From contig CAWGZR010000012.1 of assembly GCA_963827165.1 (NCBI GenBank), forward strand, positions 64,001 to 128,000: DNA of 64,000 bases, written 5' to 3'. This stretch comes from Candidatus Bathyarchaeota archaeon. GTDB taxonomy: Archaea; Thermoproteota; Bathyarchaeia; Bathyarchaeales; Bathycorpusculaceae. Each line of letters opens with the position of its first letter. The first letter of the stretch is position 1. Under the pieces are notes generated by a model. It searched no databases. It had not been told where the DNA came from and saw only the letters and a list, made by a program, of their open reading frames with translations. Positions 1 through 12,334 of this stretch are shown one piece after another. A program made the translations under genes and the position numbers.

Positions 1-2083
1 CAAAAACCGCTAAGTCGCGTCTTGCGATTGATGTCTTGTCTTCTACCGTTGCGAGCGCCTGGATCGGGTAGAGAAATTCTTTCAGCGGCTTTGTAGTGTA
101 TTTGTCGGTTTCTCTGTCGACGGCGTTGAAGATTTTGATTTGGCGTGTACGTGCGTATGCATTGCCTTTTCCTGCTTTGATTATGGTGACTTCTCCGCTG
201 CGTTCTGCCTCTGCAGTGACGGCCCATTGTGATGCGGAGAGTTTGTGGCAGCCGTCCATTGCTAAGATTTTGCGGTCCATCAGCGGCAAGAAGCCCCATT
301 CGATGAACCAGCCGCCGCTTTCTCCCTGCACAGCCGCGCCTACTAAGCCAACAATGCTTGCGGTTTCTGCGCTGACATACATTCCAGCCTTCAGCAAGCC
401 CTGGATTAATTTCTTGACGGTTTCGCTCTTCCCGACTGTTGAGTCTCCTATGACGTCAACTATGCCCCAGCCATGCTGGACTTCGCCGAAGAGACTAACG
501 TATGTTGGCGTGAACGAGCACAGGAGGACGGCTTTGGCTATGTTGCGTCTACCGACTATGTGGGTGTAGAGTTCGCAGTTGTCCAGTATCCAGTTTAGAC
601 GTTCTTTTGGTGTTTTGCTTTCAAGTTTTGCCTTTAAGTGACTGAGTTTGTTGAGATCAAATTGTTCTATCTTTTCTGGGAAGCTGATTTCATAGGCTAA
701 TAATGTTGTTTTTTGTGTGCGGGGGTGAGGTAGTGGTAGGCCTGTGACGGCTATGAGTCTCGCTGGGCTGGAAATCTAAGGGTTTGTCGGTAGCGATGTA
801 CATGTCCAGATACTTGTATTCGTGGCCTTTGTCGTCTACGAGTTTGGTTCCCTGCTTCACGAGGGTTGAAACGGGTGGTCTGACCCGGACCAAGATAGAC
901 TGTGCGGTATCTCTTGATGCCGATTGAAAGCACTTTCCCCTTGAACATTCTTTTGAGGCGGTTCAGTTTTGTCTCATCTTGAATGCCCACAAGTGCCAAG
1001 TTTACGGGGTTGTCGATTTTCAGAATTTGGTTTTCTGTTTCGGGTTCTTGGTTGTCCTCTTTTGTTATGGCTTCTATTTCTGAGGGTATCATGTAGCTGG
1101 TGCTTGTGCTGCTTACTACGGCTTCGACTGAGACGGGGCTGCCTGATAATTCGGGGTTCTCGATGTCGTTGATGTGGCTAAGCAGGATCGGCTTTTCGAG
1201 TTGGCAGTCGGGTAAGCAGTAGCCATATTCCTTGATTGATTGGCAAGTTGCTGTTTTCTCTGGGTCTACGCTTTCAACTTGGTCGCTGCAGACATCATAG
1301 TCAAAGTCGCTTTGCGACCTGAAAAGATCAATGACTTCTTGGTCTGAGTAGCCAAGTCTTTTGTATTCTCCTGCTATTGCAAGCCGCATTAGGTGTCCGT
1401 TGCCGTTGATCAGTTGCTGCTTTAGGGCTTCTACGATGCAGGGTCTGGGTTGCTTGAGGTGCCTCAACCTGGCCTGAGTTAGCGCTGGCTTTGCTGATTT
1501 TTCTTTCTTGTATAAGCCAACGTTTTCCAATGCTTCGTAGAACAGGGTTTCAGCGTTATCGACGATTGTTATTACGTTGTCGTTTTCTCAAGGCTGTATC
1601 CTTCGCTTGGCGCTATGACCATTAGTTGGCCGTGGCTTAGCAGTTCCATTCCTGTCTTGCTTGGTTTGGCGCCTTTTGCTGGTGATCTTGAGAAGTAGAT
1701 TAGGTGGTTGCCGCCTGACCTTGTTTTCTCTCGGTAAGTTGTTTGCATTTGTTTAGAGCTTGCAGGGTTTTCTGTTTGATGTCCTCACTTAAGTTTGGGT
1801 CTTTGATGTCTCGGTCAATGCCGGTGAGGTAAACTGTTTTTCCGTCAACCGTCAGCTTTGTTCCGCAGACTAAACCAAACATTGTATATCTTTCAAAGTG
1901 TAATTCGTTAAATTCTTGTTCTGATTGAGGTCGATCTTGCCATTGCTTCCACGTTTCTACCGCTGGCCGCTTCTCATACTCTTTTTTCTTGTCGTTCCAT
2001 GAGAGAATGAAGGGGATGACTGAAACGCCTTTTTGATGCCATATTTCAGCGGCTTGGAGCAACATCGTATTTTCAGACATCAT
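1..2083 (-). pseudogene. PrimPol (AEP) - PriL C-terminal Cys domain - MCM-like AAA+ helicase fusion, split by ~4 frameshifts, running off the left edge
   Basis: Joined frames give GIDRD (DxD), TRSGGNHLIY (AEP His motif), PCI...H..R...TC...YC..DC (PriL-type Cys cluster), then VIGDSTVGKSET (Walker A) and SIVGLVGAAV...WFIEWGFLPLMDRKILAMDG (MCM-like). ATG at 2083 has a GGTGA RBS. Frame changes near 1745, 1585, 893 and 755. Confidence 0.8.
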
Positions 2084-2347
2084 TGTCACCCTTCTCAATA
2101 GTTTTGGCGAAAATTGGTCGCATGCTTCGCTGCGGGCTATCTGGTTGATTCTTCCCTTGGTACATCGCCCTGCCCAACTTGAGCAATCCCAACAGCGGTT
2201 TATGGTCTCTCCATTGATGGCTTGACTAAGTAAATTAGCGGCAAGTGCTGTGCATTCTTCAATCGTGTCAGCATAGCCTACAAGCAGAGGTCTATCGTCT
2301 TCTTGTATTTCAAAAGTCGATGTTTCGTTATAGCTTTGGACAGCCAT
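2084..2347 (-). CDS. Small Cys-rich (CxxC...C...C) hypothetical segment, read in frame into the primase
   Basis: N-terminal part of ORF 1700..2347, with GAGGT-like sequence absent but CWDCSSWAGRC...AC motif present; may be a separate gene or an N-terminal extension. Confidence 0.4.
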
Positions 2348-2673
2348 ATCGAGGTAACACTCCTATCTGACCAGTCCTTAGTAAACCTGTTGTGAAGGAG
2401 CAAAATCTTCTCAAACGTTTGCCTCCAGACCTCTTTCAAAAACTGGATGTATAGTTATTTTGCCATTAACTTCTAGTGCAATTGCAATTATTTTTTTACC
2501 AGCTTCTCGCTCGGCATTGTCTAACCAACTTTTTGGTAAGGTTATGCCTTTGGAGGCACCGACTGTCGTTAATTTTCGTATTATGGGCATTTTTTGTCAC
2601 ATCTTTTCTTTTGATATAATATTACAAAATCCTTATAAGCATTGTTTGGCATAGTACGACTGGTAATGTCATA

Positions 2674-3460
2674 TTGTCAAGGACAAAAACTTCAATTAAA
2701 CCCGAAACAAAAATAATGAAGGCGTTTGTCACAAATACAGAACTAAAACAGTATAAGATGCCTAAAGAAACTGGTCTCAGTTATCGAACAGTTCTAAGAA
2801 CCCTTAAACCCTTGGAAAGTCAAGGCTTCATTAAATTAGTCAGGGTTGAGCCTTCGAAAAAAGGGGGAAAAGAAAGCAAGATTTACGCTTTAACATTAAA
2901 AGGGGTCCTAACTTGCCTAAGCTCATTTTCGCCCGTATTCCCCAGCGATTTTGAAGCGAACGGAATAATTTCATTCCTCGATTGAAAAAGTAAACGAAGT
3001 CATTAAAATCAAAATTAAACCATACAACTTGAAAGATATTACCAACTTCTTAAAAATCTCAGGCACTGACTTAGACTTTCCGATTTTTAAGGAAATAGAT
3101 TGGCTTGAGGCACGTTTTGGCATAGATATTTTTCGAGCATTTATAACTGCCGCAAGAGAAGCTACAGCCAAAGATAAATTGCCTAATGTGGACAGTGTGA
3201 GGAAGATTATGATAAATCATGAAGGTAAGAGTCCTGAGGAAGCTGAAGTAACAATAAAAGAATTCTTAAACATGCAAACCGCATTTTTGCGTGATACTTT
3301 TACTGAGGCTTTCGCTTTCCAGCTTTCATACTTACACAGCAAGGGCGATTTTCACAATGAAAATCTGCATCGCATTTTCGCTAAAGTGGCAACTGAAATT
3401 GAGCAAAGAAATCAAAGCTCCATTGCTCCATTAAGGCATCTGGTTGAAACTCTGAAGTAG
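2674..3460 (+). pseudogene. Winged-helix transcriptional regulator, split by a frameshift near 2980
   Basis: ETGLSYRTVLRTLKPLESQGFI...KIYALTLKG wHTH in 2674..2985, continuing in the 3029..3460 frame; divergent from the replication gene. Confidence 0.65.
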
Positions 3461-3550
3461 GCGCATGTTACTTCATATTTCCTTTCTGATTAACTTGAAA
3501 AAAGATAGTGCACAAGGGTCAGCGAAGCCAGCAGAAAACGGAGCAAGGTT

Positions 3551-4252
3551 CTATCGCTTATTTAATTCCATAATATCACCATTAACTTCGATGAAATAGA
3601 AGAGAACCGAGCTTACCAAATTGCCATAGCGTTTGAGCCATTCTTGAGGGACTCGTTTGTCATTTCCAAATACAAGAAATTGAATTTGCGCCTTTGTTTT
3701 TTCAAGCATCCAAACGTGTTCAGCAATGTTTGAGAATTTTGCAGGCGGCAGTTTCTCCCCTTTTACCATAGTGAGGTATTTTGCGTCACCGACTATAGCA
3801 TAATCGTCAGATACAAGATCAAACATTTTTCCCCAATTCTCTTTCTTTCTATGTCTAAGAGGCGTGGCAAAATAGTCACTCATTACTTTCTGCGCTATTA
3901 ACTCAAAAGCTATTCCTGGTGAAGCCAAGACCGTGCTATTTGGAGTGAATGAATTTTCTTTGTTTTGATAATTTTCAAGTTTATCGAGTTGTGTTGAAGT
4001 ATTTTGTTTAGTAAAAGTGACCGCGGTATCTTCCAAGTTAACTTGGGTTACTCGCCAACCGCAAGCTAACCAGCCGTCTTCAGCTTGCACGTGAGTTTTA
4101 TCGTTTGACCACCAAGCTCTATATGCTCTAGCGGATCCTGGAAGGGGAAAACCGAGTATATCCTCGAGGGCTCGGAATCTAATTTTTACCGATTCTTTTC
4201 CTGATGTAACCAGGTATTGATAAAGAGGCGCGTATTTCTTCATATTCAGCAC
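3551..4252 (-). CDS. DUF7662-like N-terminal domain fused to a putative PD-(D/E)xK nuclease-like domain
   Basis: KYAPLYQYL...LGFPLPGSA...AWWSN...W..GW N-terminus; C-terminal FE...FDLVS...VGDAK motif. Confidence 0.55.
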   Translation of the reverse strand: MLNMKKYAPLYQYLVTSGKESVKIRFRALEDILGFPLPGSARAYRAWWSNDKTHVQAEDGWLACGWRVTQVNLEDTAVTFTKQNTSTQLDKLENYQNKENSFTPNSTVLASPGIAFELIAQKVMSDYFATPLRHRKKENWGKMFDLVSDDYAIVGDAKYLTMVKGEKLPPAKFSNIAEHVWMLEKTKAQIQFLVFGNDKRVPQEWLKRYGNLVSSVLFYFIEVNGDIMELNKR

Positions 4253-4468
4253 TCCCTTTGTCGCAATTATTGGTCGCGTTCGAACTAATAAATAATACCT
4301 TTTTTAAATAATAAAGGTATGACAGTTTTGATTAAATGATTGTGACTGTAAGTGAGAGCTTATTAGCTAAAGAGACCAAATATAGTCTTTTGACTTTAGA
4401 GAGGGTTAGTTACGGCTAAACAGTTAAACTTAGACTTAAAGGCAACAAAAACATCTAACGGAGCCAAT

Positions 4469-5992
4469 TTGGGTTTTGAGGCTAAGTTGTGGATGACTGC
4501 CGACAAGCTGCGTAATAACATGGACGCTGCAGAATACAAACATGTTGTTTTAGGCCTAATTTTTCTCAAGTATATTTCTGATGCCTTTACAGAGGTTTAT
4601 AATGATTTGAAGAATGATAAACTCGCTGATCCTGAGGATGTCGATGAGTATAGGGCTCGGAATGCTTTTTGGGTTCCGGCTAAAGCGCGTTGGGATTTTT
4701 TGCAAAAGAACGCCAAACAGCCAACCATTGGAATAACAATGGATGATGCGATGGATGCTATCGAACGGGAAAACCCCAGCTTGAAGGGTGTTTTGCCCAA
4801 GAACTATGCCCGTGAAAGTCTGGACAAGCAGAGACTTGGAGAGCTAATCGATTTAATCGGCACCATAGGCTTAGGCGATAGGGAAAGCCGGAGCAAAGAC
4901 ATCCTCGGCAGGGTTTACGAGTATTTTCTGGGTCAATTTGCTGATGCTGAAGGCAAGAAAGGCGGCCAATTCTACACTCCCAAAAGCATCGTTCAACTTC
5001 TCGTGGCCATGATTGAACCTTTCAAGGGCAGAGTCTTTGACCCATGCTGTGGCAGCGGCGGCATGTTCATACAAAGCGAAAAATTCGTAGCCGCCCACCA
5101 AGGACGCTTAGACGACATACACATCTTTGGGCAAGAATCCAACCAAACAACCTGGCGCCTCTGCAAAATGAACCTCGCCATAAGAGGCATAGAATCAAAA
5201 GAAGTAAGATGGAACAACGAAGGCAGCTTCCTAAACGACCTCCACAAAGACCTAAAAGCAGACTATCTATTGGCTAATCCGCCGTTTAATGATTCTGACT
5301 GGAAAGGCGAAATGCTAAGAGAAGACAATCGCTGGAAATACGGCACACCCCCCGCAGGAAACGCAAACTTTGCATGGGTACAACACTTCATACACCATTT
5401 AGCACCTCATGGCATAGCGGGTTTTGTGCTTGCAAACGGCTCAATGAGCAGCAACACGTCAAACGAAGGAGAAATACGCAAAAACATGATCGAAGCCGAT
5501 TTAGTGGATTGCATGGTAGCCCTGCCCTCCCAACTATTCTACAACACAATGATACCAGCATGCCTATGGTTTGTTGCAAGAGATAAGCAAAATAATAAAT
5601 TCCGAGACCGCAGAGGCGAAGTGCTGTTTATTGACGTTCGAAAGCTTGGAGTAATGGCTGACAGAAGGCATAGAGAACTAACACCAGAAGACATCAAGAA
5701 GATTTCCGATGTTTACCATGCGTGGAGAGGAGAACGGGTAGATGGACAAGCAGTAGAATACCGAGATATTGCTGGATTCTGCAAAGTCGCAAGACTTGAG
5801 ACCATTAGGAAACAAGGACACATACTAACACCTGGACGTTATGTTGGCACTGAAGCGCAAGAGGAAAATCATGAAGAATTTAACAAGAAAATGAAGCAGT
5901 TTATCGCTGAACTTTCAGAGCAAATAGAAGAAAGCAAGAAGCTTGATGAAGAAATAATGAATAGTTTGGAAAGTATCGGATATGGCGCCTGA
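4469..5992 (+). CDS. hsdM: Type I R-M methyltransferase subunit (true start may be upstream at 4412)
   Basis: [14 protein letters not shown] and NPPF motifs. Confidence 0.97.
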   Translation: MGFEAKLWMTADKLRNNMDAAEYKHVVLGLIFLKYISDAFTEVYNDLKNDKLADPEDVDEYRARNAFWVPAKARWDFLQKNAKQPTIGITMDDAMDAIERENPSLKGVLPKNYARESLDKQRLGELIDLIGTIGLGDRESRSKDILGRVYEYFLGQFADAEGKKGGQFYTPKSIVQLLVAMIEPFKGRVFDPCCGSGGMFIQSEKFVAAHQGRLDDIHIFGQESNQTTWRLCKMNLAIRGIESKEVRWNNEGSFLNDLHKDLKADYLLANPPFNDSDWKGEMLREDNRWKYGTPPAGNANFAWVQHFIHHLAPHGIAGFVLANGSMSSNTSNEGEIRKNMIEADLVDCMVALPSQLFYNTMIPACLWFVARDKQNNKFRDRRGEVLFIDVRKLGVMADRRHRELTPEDIKKISDVYHAWRGERVDGQAVEYRDIAGFCKVARLETIRKQGHILTPGRYVGTEAQEENHEEFNKKMKQFIAELSEQIEESKKLDEEIMNSLESIGYGA

Positions 5993-7332
5993 GGACAAAG
6001 TACTTTTCAAACAAACTGAGATAGGAATGATTCCTGAAGATTGGAGAGTAGTTAGCACGAATGAAGTAGTCGCCTCAGAGAAAAATTCTTTAAAAACTGG
6101 GCCATTCGGAACCCAGCTGAAGAAATCCTTTCTTGTTGCAAAAGGCTTTAAAGTGTACGGACAAGAAAATGTTTTTCGAAATGATTTTTCTTTCGGGGAT
6201 AGATTTATACCAAAAGAAAGATTTGAGCTCTTGAAATCCTGTGAGCTGAAGCCCGGCGATATAGTTATATCCAGAATGGGAACCGTCGGCCTATCAGCTA
6301 TTGTACCTGGCAATATTCAGCAAGGAATAATGGATTTCCATCTTTTGAGGCTAAGACCTAATCGCTCAAAATTTGACGCTGAGTTTCTCCTTTACGCTAT
6401 TCGTTCCGAAGTAATCCAGAATCAGATAAACTCGCTTTCTGTCGGGACTATTATGGATGGATTGAGTTCCAAAGTGATTGGAATGCTAATGTTCCCAATG
6501 CCTTCGCTCCCAGAACAAAAAGCCATTTCGAAAATCTTAAGAAACTTTGATTCGAAAATTAAAGTCAACTCAAAAATGAACCAAAATCTGGAGTCCATCG
6601 GGCGGGCCATTTTTAGTCGTTGGTTTGTTAATTTTGAGTTTCCTAACCAAGAAGGTAAGCCCTATAAATCATCAGGCGGAGAAATGGCGGAATCAGAAAT
6701 AGGTTTAATTCCAAAAGACTGGAAAATTCTCCAAAATATTTCTGAGGCTTGCGAGTTGATAAATTATGGTTACACTCAAAGTGCCAGTAATGAGAACGTT
6801 GGTCCTCATTTTCTAAGAGTGATGGACATAAACAAAGCGGATTGGGTTAATTGGGGTACTGTTCCATTTTGTAAGATTTGTGAAAAAGACAAACCGAAAT
6901 ATTTGCTCAAAATGAAAGATATCGTTATAGCCAGAATGGCTGACCCTGGTAAGATTGCGATTTTTGAGTCAGATTTAGAAGCTATTTTTGCGTCGTACTT
7001 AATTAGAATACGTTTGAAAAACCCACATTATGGGTATTATTTTTACCATTCTTATGAAGTCGCCGTATTATCAAAATTTCATAGAAGGGGCTACTACTGG
7101 CTCAGTTCAAAAAAATCTAAATGCTAAATCGTTAACATCAAACTTACCGGTAATTATACCTAACAAGGAAGTAACTATTTTGTTTGACTCTATCATAGAG
7201 AATTTACGAGCTAAAATAAACTGCAACTTGGCAGAATCTACTACTTTAGCCAAGGTTAGAGATAGCTTGTTACCAAAACTCATGTCTGGAAAAATTAGAG
7301 TTCCTATCGATAACAAAGTGGAGTCGTCTTAA
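5982..7332 (+). pseudogene. hsdS: Type I R-M specificity subunit with a +1 frameshift near 7050
   Basis: IPEDW/IPKDW repeats, PSLPEQKAI and RDSLLPKLMSG conserved regions distributed over ORFs 5982..7127 and 7030..7332. Confidence 0.9.
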
Positions 7333-10300
7333 TGTCTTCGGTTATTACTGAGTCGCAAGTTGAAGAATCCTGTCTTGACTTATTTAGAAATCTTGGGTAC
7401 AGCGTGATTTCTGGTCCTGATATTTCTGAGGGCGGAATAGCTGAAGAACGTAAGTACTGCGAGGTTGTGCTTGTTGGCAAGGTTAAGGATGCTTTGAGGC
7501 GAATTAACAAATCCATTCCTGAAACCGCTATCGATGAGGCTGTTAAGAAGGTTTTAAGAACTGAGAGTCAGGAACCGGTGGCTAACAATCAGCTTTTCCA
7601 TAAGTTAGTAACCGATGGAGTTGATGTTCAGTACAAGCGAGAAGACGGCAGTATCAAAGATTCCAAAGTTTGGCTTTTTGACTTTAAAGACTTAAGTAAT
7701 AATGAGTTTTTGGCTGTTAACCAGTTTACGATTATCGAGGAGCGCAATAACCGGCGACCTGACATTATCTTATTCGTTAATGGGTTGCCGCTGGTTTTGA
7801 TTGAATTGAAGAATCCGGCAGACGAGGAAGCTACTATTTCTTCTGCCTTTAAGCAGTTTGGAACTTACCAGAAAGAGATTCCGTCAATTTTCCGCTACAA
7901 CGAAGTCTTAGTCATCAGCGATGGAACCTATGCGAAAGCTGGAACCATGACTGCAAAAGAAGAACGCTTTTCACCCTGGAAAACAATCAATGCCCAAAAA
8001 ACACCAAAAACCCAGCCACAAATCGAAGTCCTAACAAAGGGAATGCTTAACAAATCAACGCTCATGGATTTAATCGCGCACTTTGTTGTTTATGAAGCTG
8101 AAAAAGACAAGAAAGAAGGCACCGTCAAACTTTCTAAGAAAATCGCTCAGTACCAACAATACAACGCAGTCCAAAAAGCCCTAACATCAACGGTGAATGC
8201 TACAAAAAAAGATCGAAAAGCTGGCATTGTTTGGCATACGCAGGGTTCAGGAAAAAGCTTAACGATGGTTTTCTATACTGGGAAATTGGTTTTGAACCCT
8301 GCCCTTGAAAACCCAACGGTAATTGTGTTAAATGATAGAAATGACTTAGACGACCAGCTTTATGGAACTTTTAGTAGATGTCATGCTCTTTTGAGGCAGG
8401 AGCCACGGCAGGCAACAAGCAGGGAAGAGCTAAAAGAGCTTTTGCAAGTCTCATCAGGCGGCATAATTTTCACAACTATCCAAAAGTTTTTCCCAGAAGA
8501 CCAAGAAACAAAATATCCCCTACTATCCGAAAGGAAAAACATAATAATTATAGCCGATGAGGCGCACCGAAGCCAATACGGTTTTGGACTTAAGGTGCCA
8601 AAGAACGTTGATTCTGAAGCTCTAAAGTATGGTTATGCTAAATATCTTCGGGATGCTTTGCCCAATGCAACTTTTATTGCTTTTACGGGAACTCCGATTG
8701 AAAAGGCAGATAGAAGCACACCTGCAGTTTTTGGAAAAATAATAGATACTTACGACATTAACCAGGCTGTTGAAGATGGCTCCACGGTTAGAATCTATTA
8801 TGAGAGCCGACTTGCCAAAATCGAGCTTAAACCAGAAGAAAGACCATACATTGACCAGGAGTTTGAGGAAGTTACCGAGGGCGAAGAGTCAGCGGGCAAA
8901 GAATACCTCAAGAGCAAATGGAGCCGACTTGAAAGGCTCGTTGGCAGCCAGGAACGCATCAAACGGGTAGCCAAAGACATTGTGGATCACTGGGAGAAAC
9001 GTGTTAGCGTTCTTGATGGCAAAGGCATGATTGTTTGCATGAGCCGTCGCATCTGCGTGGACCTGCATAATGAAATAATTAAGCTCAAACCTGAATGGTA
9101 TAATCCAGATGATGACAAAGGGTACCTCAAGGTTGTGATGACTGGGTCAGCTGCGGATGGACCAGATTGGCAAGAACACATTCGCAATAAGCAGCGCAGG
9201 CATGACCTTGGGGAACGCATGAAAGACCCCTCCGATCCCTTCAAAATAGCCATAGTCCGTGACATGTGGCTAACCGGCTTTGATGCGCCAAGCCTCCACA
9301 CAATGTATCTTGACAAGCCTATGAAAGAAGCCAACTTAATGCAGGCCATCGCACGGGTTAACCGAGTCTTCAAGGACAAAAAAGGTGGTTTAATCGTTGA
9401 CTACATCGGATTAGCAAACGACCTAAGAAAAGCCCTTGCAGAATACACAGAGGACGACAGAAGACTAACCGGCATTCCGCAAGAAATGGCAATAGCCAAA
9501 ATGCAAGAAAAATACGAAGTTGTAAAGGCACTTCTTCACGGCTTTAACTTTCAAAAATTCTTCGCAGCCCCAGCAAACGAAAGAATGACCATCATGCTAG
9601 AAGCAATGGATCACATATTAAAACAGGAAAACGGCAAAGAACGCTACCTCAAAGAAGTCAACGCCTTGCTCTGGGCTTTCGCTCTCTCGGTTCCAGATGA
9701 TCAGGCTTTGAAAATTAGAGATGATGTGGGCTTTTTCCAAGCTGTGAAAGCAGCCATAATCAAGAACACTGAGACTAAATCAAGCCAAGAGCAAGACGTA
9801 GATACAGCAATAAAGCAGATCATTTCAAAAGCCATCATTAGCGACCGAGTAATCGATGTCTTCGCTGCCGCTGGACTCAAGAAACCAGATGTCTCCATCC
9901 TTTCAGAGGAGTTCTTGGAAAAAGTTAAGGAAATGCCGCAAAAGAATCTCGCCTTTGAAACCCTAAAACGTCTCCTAAATGATGAGATTAGGTTTAGGCA
10001 GAAGAAGAATCTGATTCAGGCCCGCTCGTTTGAGGCGCTGTTGGATAAGGCGATTAAGGCTTATACTAACAAAAGTGTTGAGACAGCTCAGGTTATAGAG
10101 GAGCTAATTGAGCTTGCAAGGAAAATGCGGGAAGAACAAAAAAGAAACACCGAGCTAAATTTGAGCGAAGAAGAAATCGCTTTTTACGATGCTTTAGCCG
10201 ACAACGAAAGTGCAAAACAGGTTCTTGGCGATAAAACGCTGCAGGTTATGGCACGAGAGCTTGTGGATATGGTTAGAAAGAACGTTACGATCGATTGGAC

Positions 10301-10454
10301 GCTGCGAGACAACGTTCAAGCAAAACTGCGAATCATGGTTAAACATATACTCAAAAAATACGGTTACCCACCAGATAAGCAGGAAAAAGCAACCATAACA
10401 GTTCTCGACCAAGCAAAGCTGTTATGCAAAGATTGGGCGGAACCACAAAACTAA
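7332..10454 (+). CDS. hsdR: Type I R-M restriction subunit
   Basis: [19 protein letters not shown] nuclease motif; [20 protein letters not shown] and MWLTGFDAP helicase motifs. Confidence 0.97.
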   Translation: MSSVITESQVEESCLDLFRNLGYSVISGPDISEGGIAEERKYCEVVLVGKVKDALRRINKSIPETAIDEAVKKVLRTESQEPVANNQLFHKLVTDGVDVQYKREDGSIKDSKVWLFDFKDLSNNEFLAVNQFTIIEERNNRRPDIILFVNGLPLVLIELKNPADEEATISSAFKQFGTYQKEIPSIFRYNEVLVISDGTYAKAGTMTAKEERFSPWKTINAQKTPKTQPQIEVLTKGMLNKSTLMDLIAHFVVYEAEKDKKEGTVKLSKKIAQYQQYNAVQKALTSTVNATKKDRKAGIVWHTQGSGKSLTMVFYTGKLVLNPALENPTVIVLNDRNDLDDQLYGTFSRCHALLRQEPRQATSREELKELLQVSSGGIIFTTIQKFFPEDQETKYPLLSERKNIIIIADEAHRSQYGFGLKVPKNVDSEALKYGYAKYLRDALPNATFIAFTGTPIEKADRSTPAVFGKIIDTYDINQAVEDGSTVRIYYESRLAKIELKPEERPYIDQEFEEVTEGEESAGKEYLKSKWSRLERLVGSQERIKRVAKDIVDHWEKRVSVLDGKGMIVCMSRRICVDLHNEIIKLKPEWYNPDDDKGYLKVVMTGSAADGPDWQEHIRNKQRRHDLGERMKDPSDPFKIAIVRDMWLTGFDAPSLHTMYLDKPMKEANLMQAIARVNRVFKDKKGGLIVDYIGLANDLRKALAEYTEDDRRLTGIPQEMAIAKMQEKYEVVKALLHGFNFQKFFAAPANERMTIMLEAMDHILKQENGKERYLKEVNALLWAFALSVPDDQALKIRDDVGFFQAVKAAIIKNTETKSSQEQDVDTAIKQIISKAIISDRVIDVFAAAGLKKPDVSILSEEFLEKVKEMPQKNLAFETLKRLLNDEIRFRQKKNLIQARSFEALLDKAIKAYTNKSVETAQVIEELIELARKMREEQKRNTELNLSEEEIAFYDALADNESAKQVLGDKTLQVMARELVDMVRKNVTIDWTLRDNVQAKLRIMVKHILKKYGYPPDKQEKATITVLDQAKLLCKDWAEPQN

Positions 10455-10546
10455 ACAAGTTATAATGGGGATGCAATAAGAATTGAAAGCCTCTAAAACA
10501 ATTGAGACAGCCGACTTTTGACTTGCTGCTTCAAGTGTGAAAAACC

Positions 10547-11221
10547 TTACTTGTCTACCCTGTTTAGAAAATAAATTTCTTTTATTTCTGTCCTATAGAG
10601 TTCTTCTTTATATCCTGTAATTTTTCGCATAACATTATCTTTTACTTGTCTGCATTTTACCGTAGCTGACTTGCTACCACTTATTATGTAGGTACTGGGA
10701 TTATGACTTTGAATTCTTGTAACAATTTTTGCCGCTTCCTTTGCTACATTACTATAGTTTTGTATGTAACTATTTGTTACTTCAATATTTTCAAAGAGAT
10801 GTTTAATCTCTAACGTTATCTGATCAATTGTTAAGCCCTTATCAAGAATGTTTGCAATGTATTTGCCAAAAAGCCCATTCTGAACAAATTGGGCAATATG
10901 CAAACCTTCAGCAGCATATTTTTTGACTATCCTATCTCTTAAGTGGTCACATTGGGGCTTATTTTTTTCAACTCTTCTTAGTGTTAAGCCCATTTGGAAA
11001 AGGATGTGAAGTCTTTCGTCATCAACATAATTTCGAAAAAGACCCCATTCTGATGAATTTCTTTGCTCCTTTGCAACCTCAATTGTTTCAGGATTTTGAA
11101 CAAAAGCAATTTTTCTATCTTTGAACTTGCGAGCTAGTAACTTGACTTTCTCTTCAGTCCACCCAAGTGCTCCCTCGGTTGCTCCTTTGGCAGCGCTTTC
11201 AAGAGGATCTTTAGACGCCAT
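10547..11221 (-). CDS. Hypothetical protein (AT-rich cargo)
   Basis: 224 aa ORF with GGAG RBS, overlapping the upstream gene. Confidence 0.7.
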   Translation of the reverse strand: MASKDPLESAAKGATEGALGWTEEKVKLLARKFKDRKIAFVQNPETIEVAKEQRNSSEWGLFRNYVDDERLHILFQMGLTLRRVEKNKPQCDHLRDRIVKKYAAEGLHIAQFVQNGLFGKYIANILDKGLTIDQITLEIKHLFENIEVTNSYIQNYSNVAKEAAKIVTRIQSHNPSTYIISGSKSATVKCRQVKDNVMRKITGYKEELYRTEIKEIYFLNRVDK

Positions 11222-11456
11222 CTCCGTACTCTTCCAAGTATGAGGAGATGCTCAGGGGATTATCATCTAATATTAGCGTACTTCCCGGCAGTATTGCCAT
11301 ACTCTCTATTTTTATCGGTTCACCTATGTACTTGTCGAGAACTTGTTCACCATTCTTATTCAGAACATATGTTCCATCTGAACCAAAACCAAGTTCTTCC
11401 AGTAACAAAATTTTGCAATTTACCGGCATGTCTTTCAGAGACATTATTTCAGTCAA
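11211..11456 (-). CDS. Small acidic hypothetical protein
   Basis: 81 aa ORF overlapping the downstream gene by 11 nt. Confidence 0.65.
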   Translation of the reverse strand: MTEIMSLKDMPVNCKILLLEELGFGSDGTYVLNKNGEQVLDKYIGEPIKIESMAILPGSTLILDDNPLSISSYLEEYGDGV

Positions 11457-11833
11457 TTTTTATCACTCTCTAGTAATGTATTAATTAATTCTTTTTTAAA
11501 TTATCCTATTATGACTATATAGGTTATGAATTCTGTCTCCAGTATAACCCATTTTAGTATTTGTCGTTATCGCTTTATTAGTATTTAACCGTAGTGGCTT
11601 TTTTTGACATATGGTTTCATAAAAAGTCACAGAGTGTCCCTACCTAACATAACGTTAAGGATTGTATAACCATTAAATCTATCGGAACAATGAGTTTCTG
11701 GGTAATTGCTCGACATGAATACAAATCGGCTTTGTATCTCTTATCTACTCCTGTGAATTTATCTTTGTGTGATTGTCAGAATACTATCACAGTGAATATA
11801 AAATAGTCTAACATCATTGACTATATCTTTATG

Positions 11834-12334
11834 TTATAAGGAAATGATTTGCGTTTTGTGCGGATACTTAGAATCGGCTGTTAAGTATTGCATGGAAACC
11901 GTTAATCGACTCCTGCTTAGGCTGCTTCTTATTCCATTGTTAATTTTAGTATCGCCCTTTCCCTTGCTTGCGTGTCCAAACCTAGTCACCTTCCATGATG
12001 GGGTTATCCCCTGGGTAATCCCCCGGATAATCTGGGGGTTACTGGTCAGAATATAGAAGGGCATCTTCGTCTGTGAAGTGTAGAGTTCAGCTATGAAGTT
12101 CAGTAGCCGTTTGCCTATCCCTATGCCCTGATAATCTGGTAAGACTACTAATCGACTAACCCTATAGTATCTTGATTTCATGCGGATATGTGCTACAGCG
12201 ATGAATGCAATGGGCTTATTTTGATATACTGCGGTATAACATCGGATACCTGCTCCGAGCTTGCCGTTTAGATAATGATATTGCCGAAATATCTTCCAAA
12301 GCTGAGCGCCGCACCGATGGATTTGGAGTTCCAC
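11834..12334 (-). CDS. GNAT acetyltransferase (Mom-like DNA-modification type), probably the C-terminal part of a frameshift fusion
   Basis: FRQYHYL and RVSRLVVLPDYQGIGIG acetyl-CoA-binding motif. Confidence 0.85.
   Translation of the reverse strand: MELQIHRCGAQLWKIFRQYHYLNGKLGAGIRCYTAVYQNKPIAFIAVAHIRMKSRYYRVSRLVVLPDYQGIGIGKRLLNFIAELYTSQTKMPFYILTSNPQIIRGITQGITPSWKVTRFGHASKGKGDTKINNGIRSSLSRSRLTVSMQYLTADSKYPHKTQIISL

Noticed and set aside
96-569. 157 aa plus-strand ORF and many similar short overlapping ORFs in the track
   Set aside because: Antisense shadows of well-supported genes (here the MCM domain)
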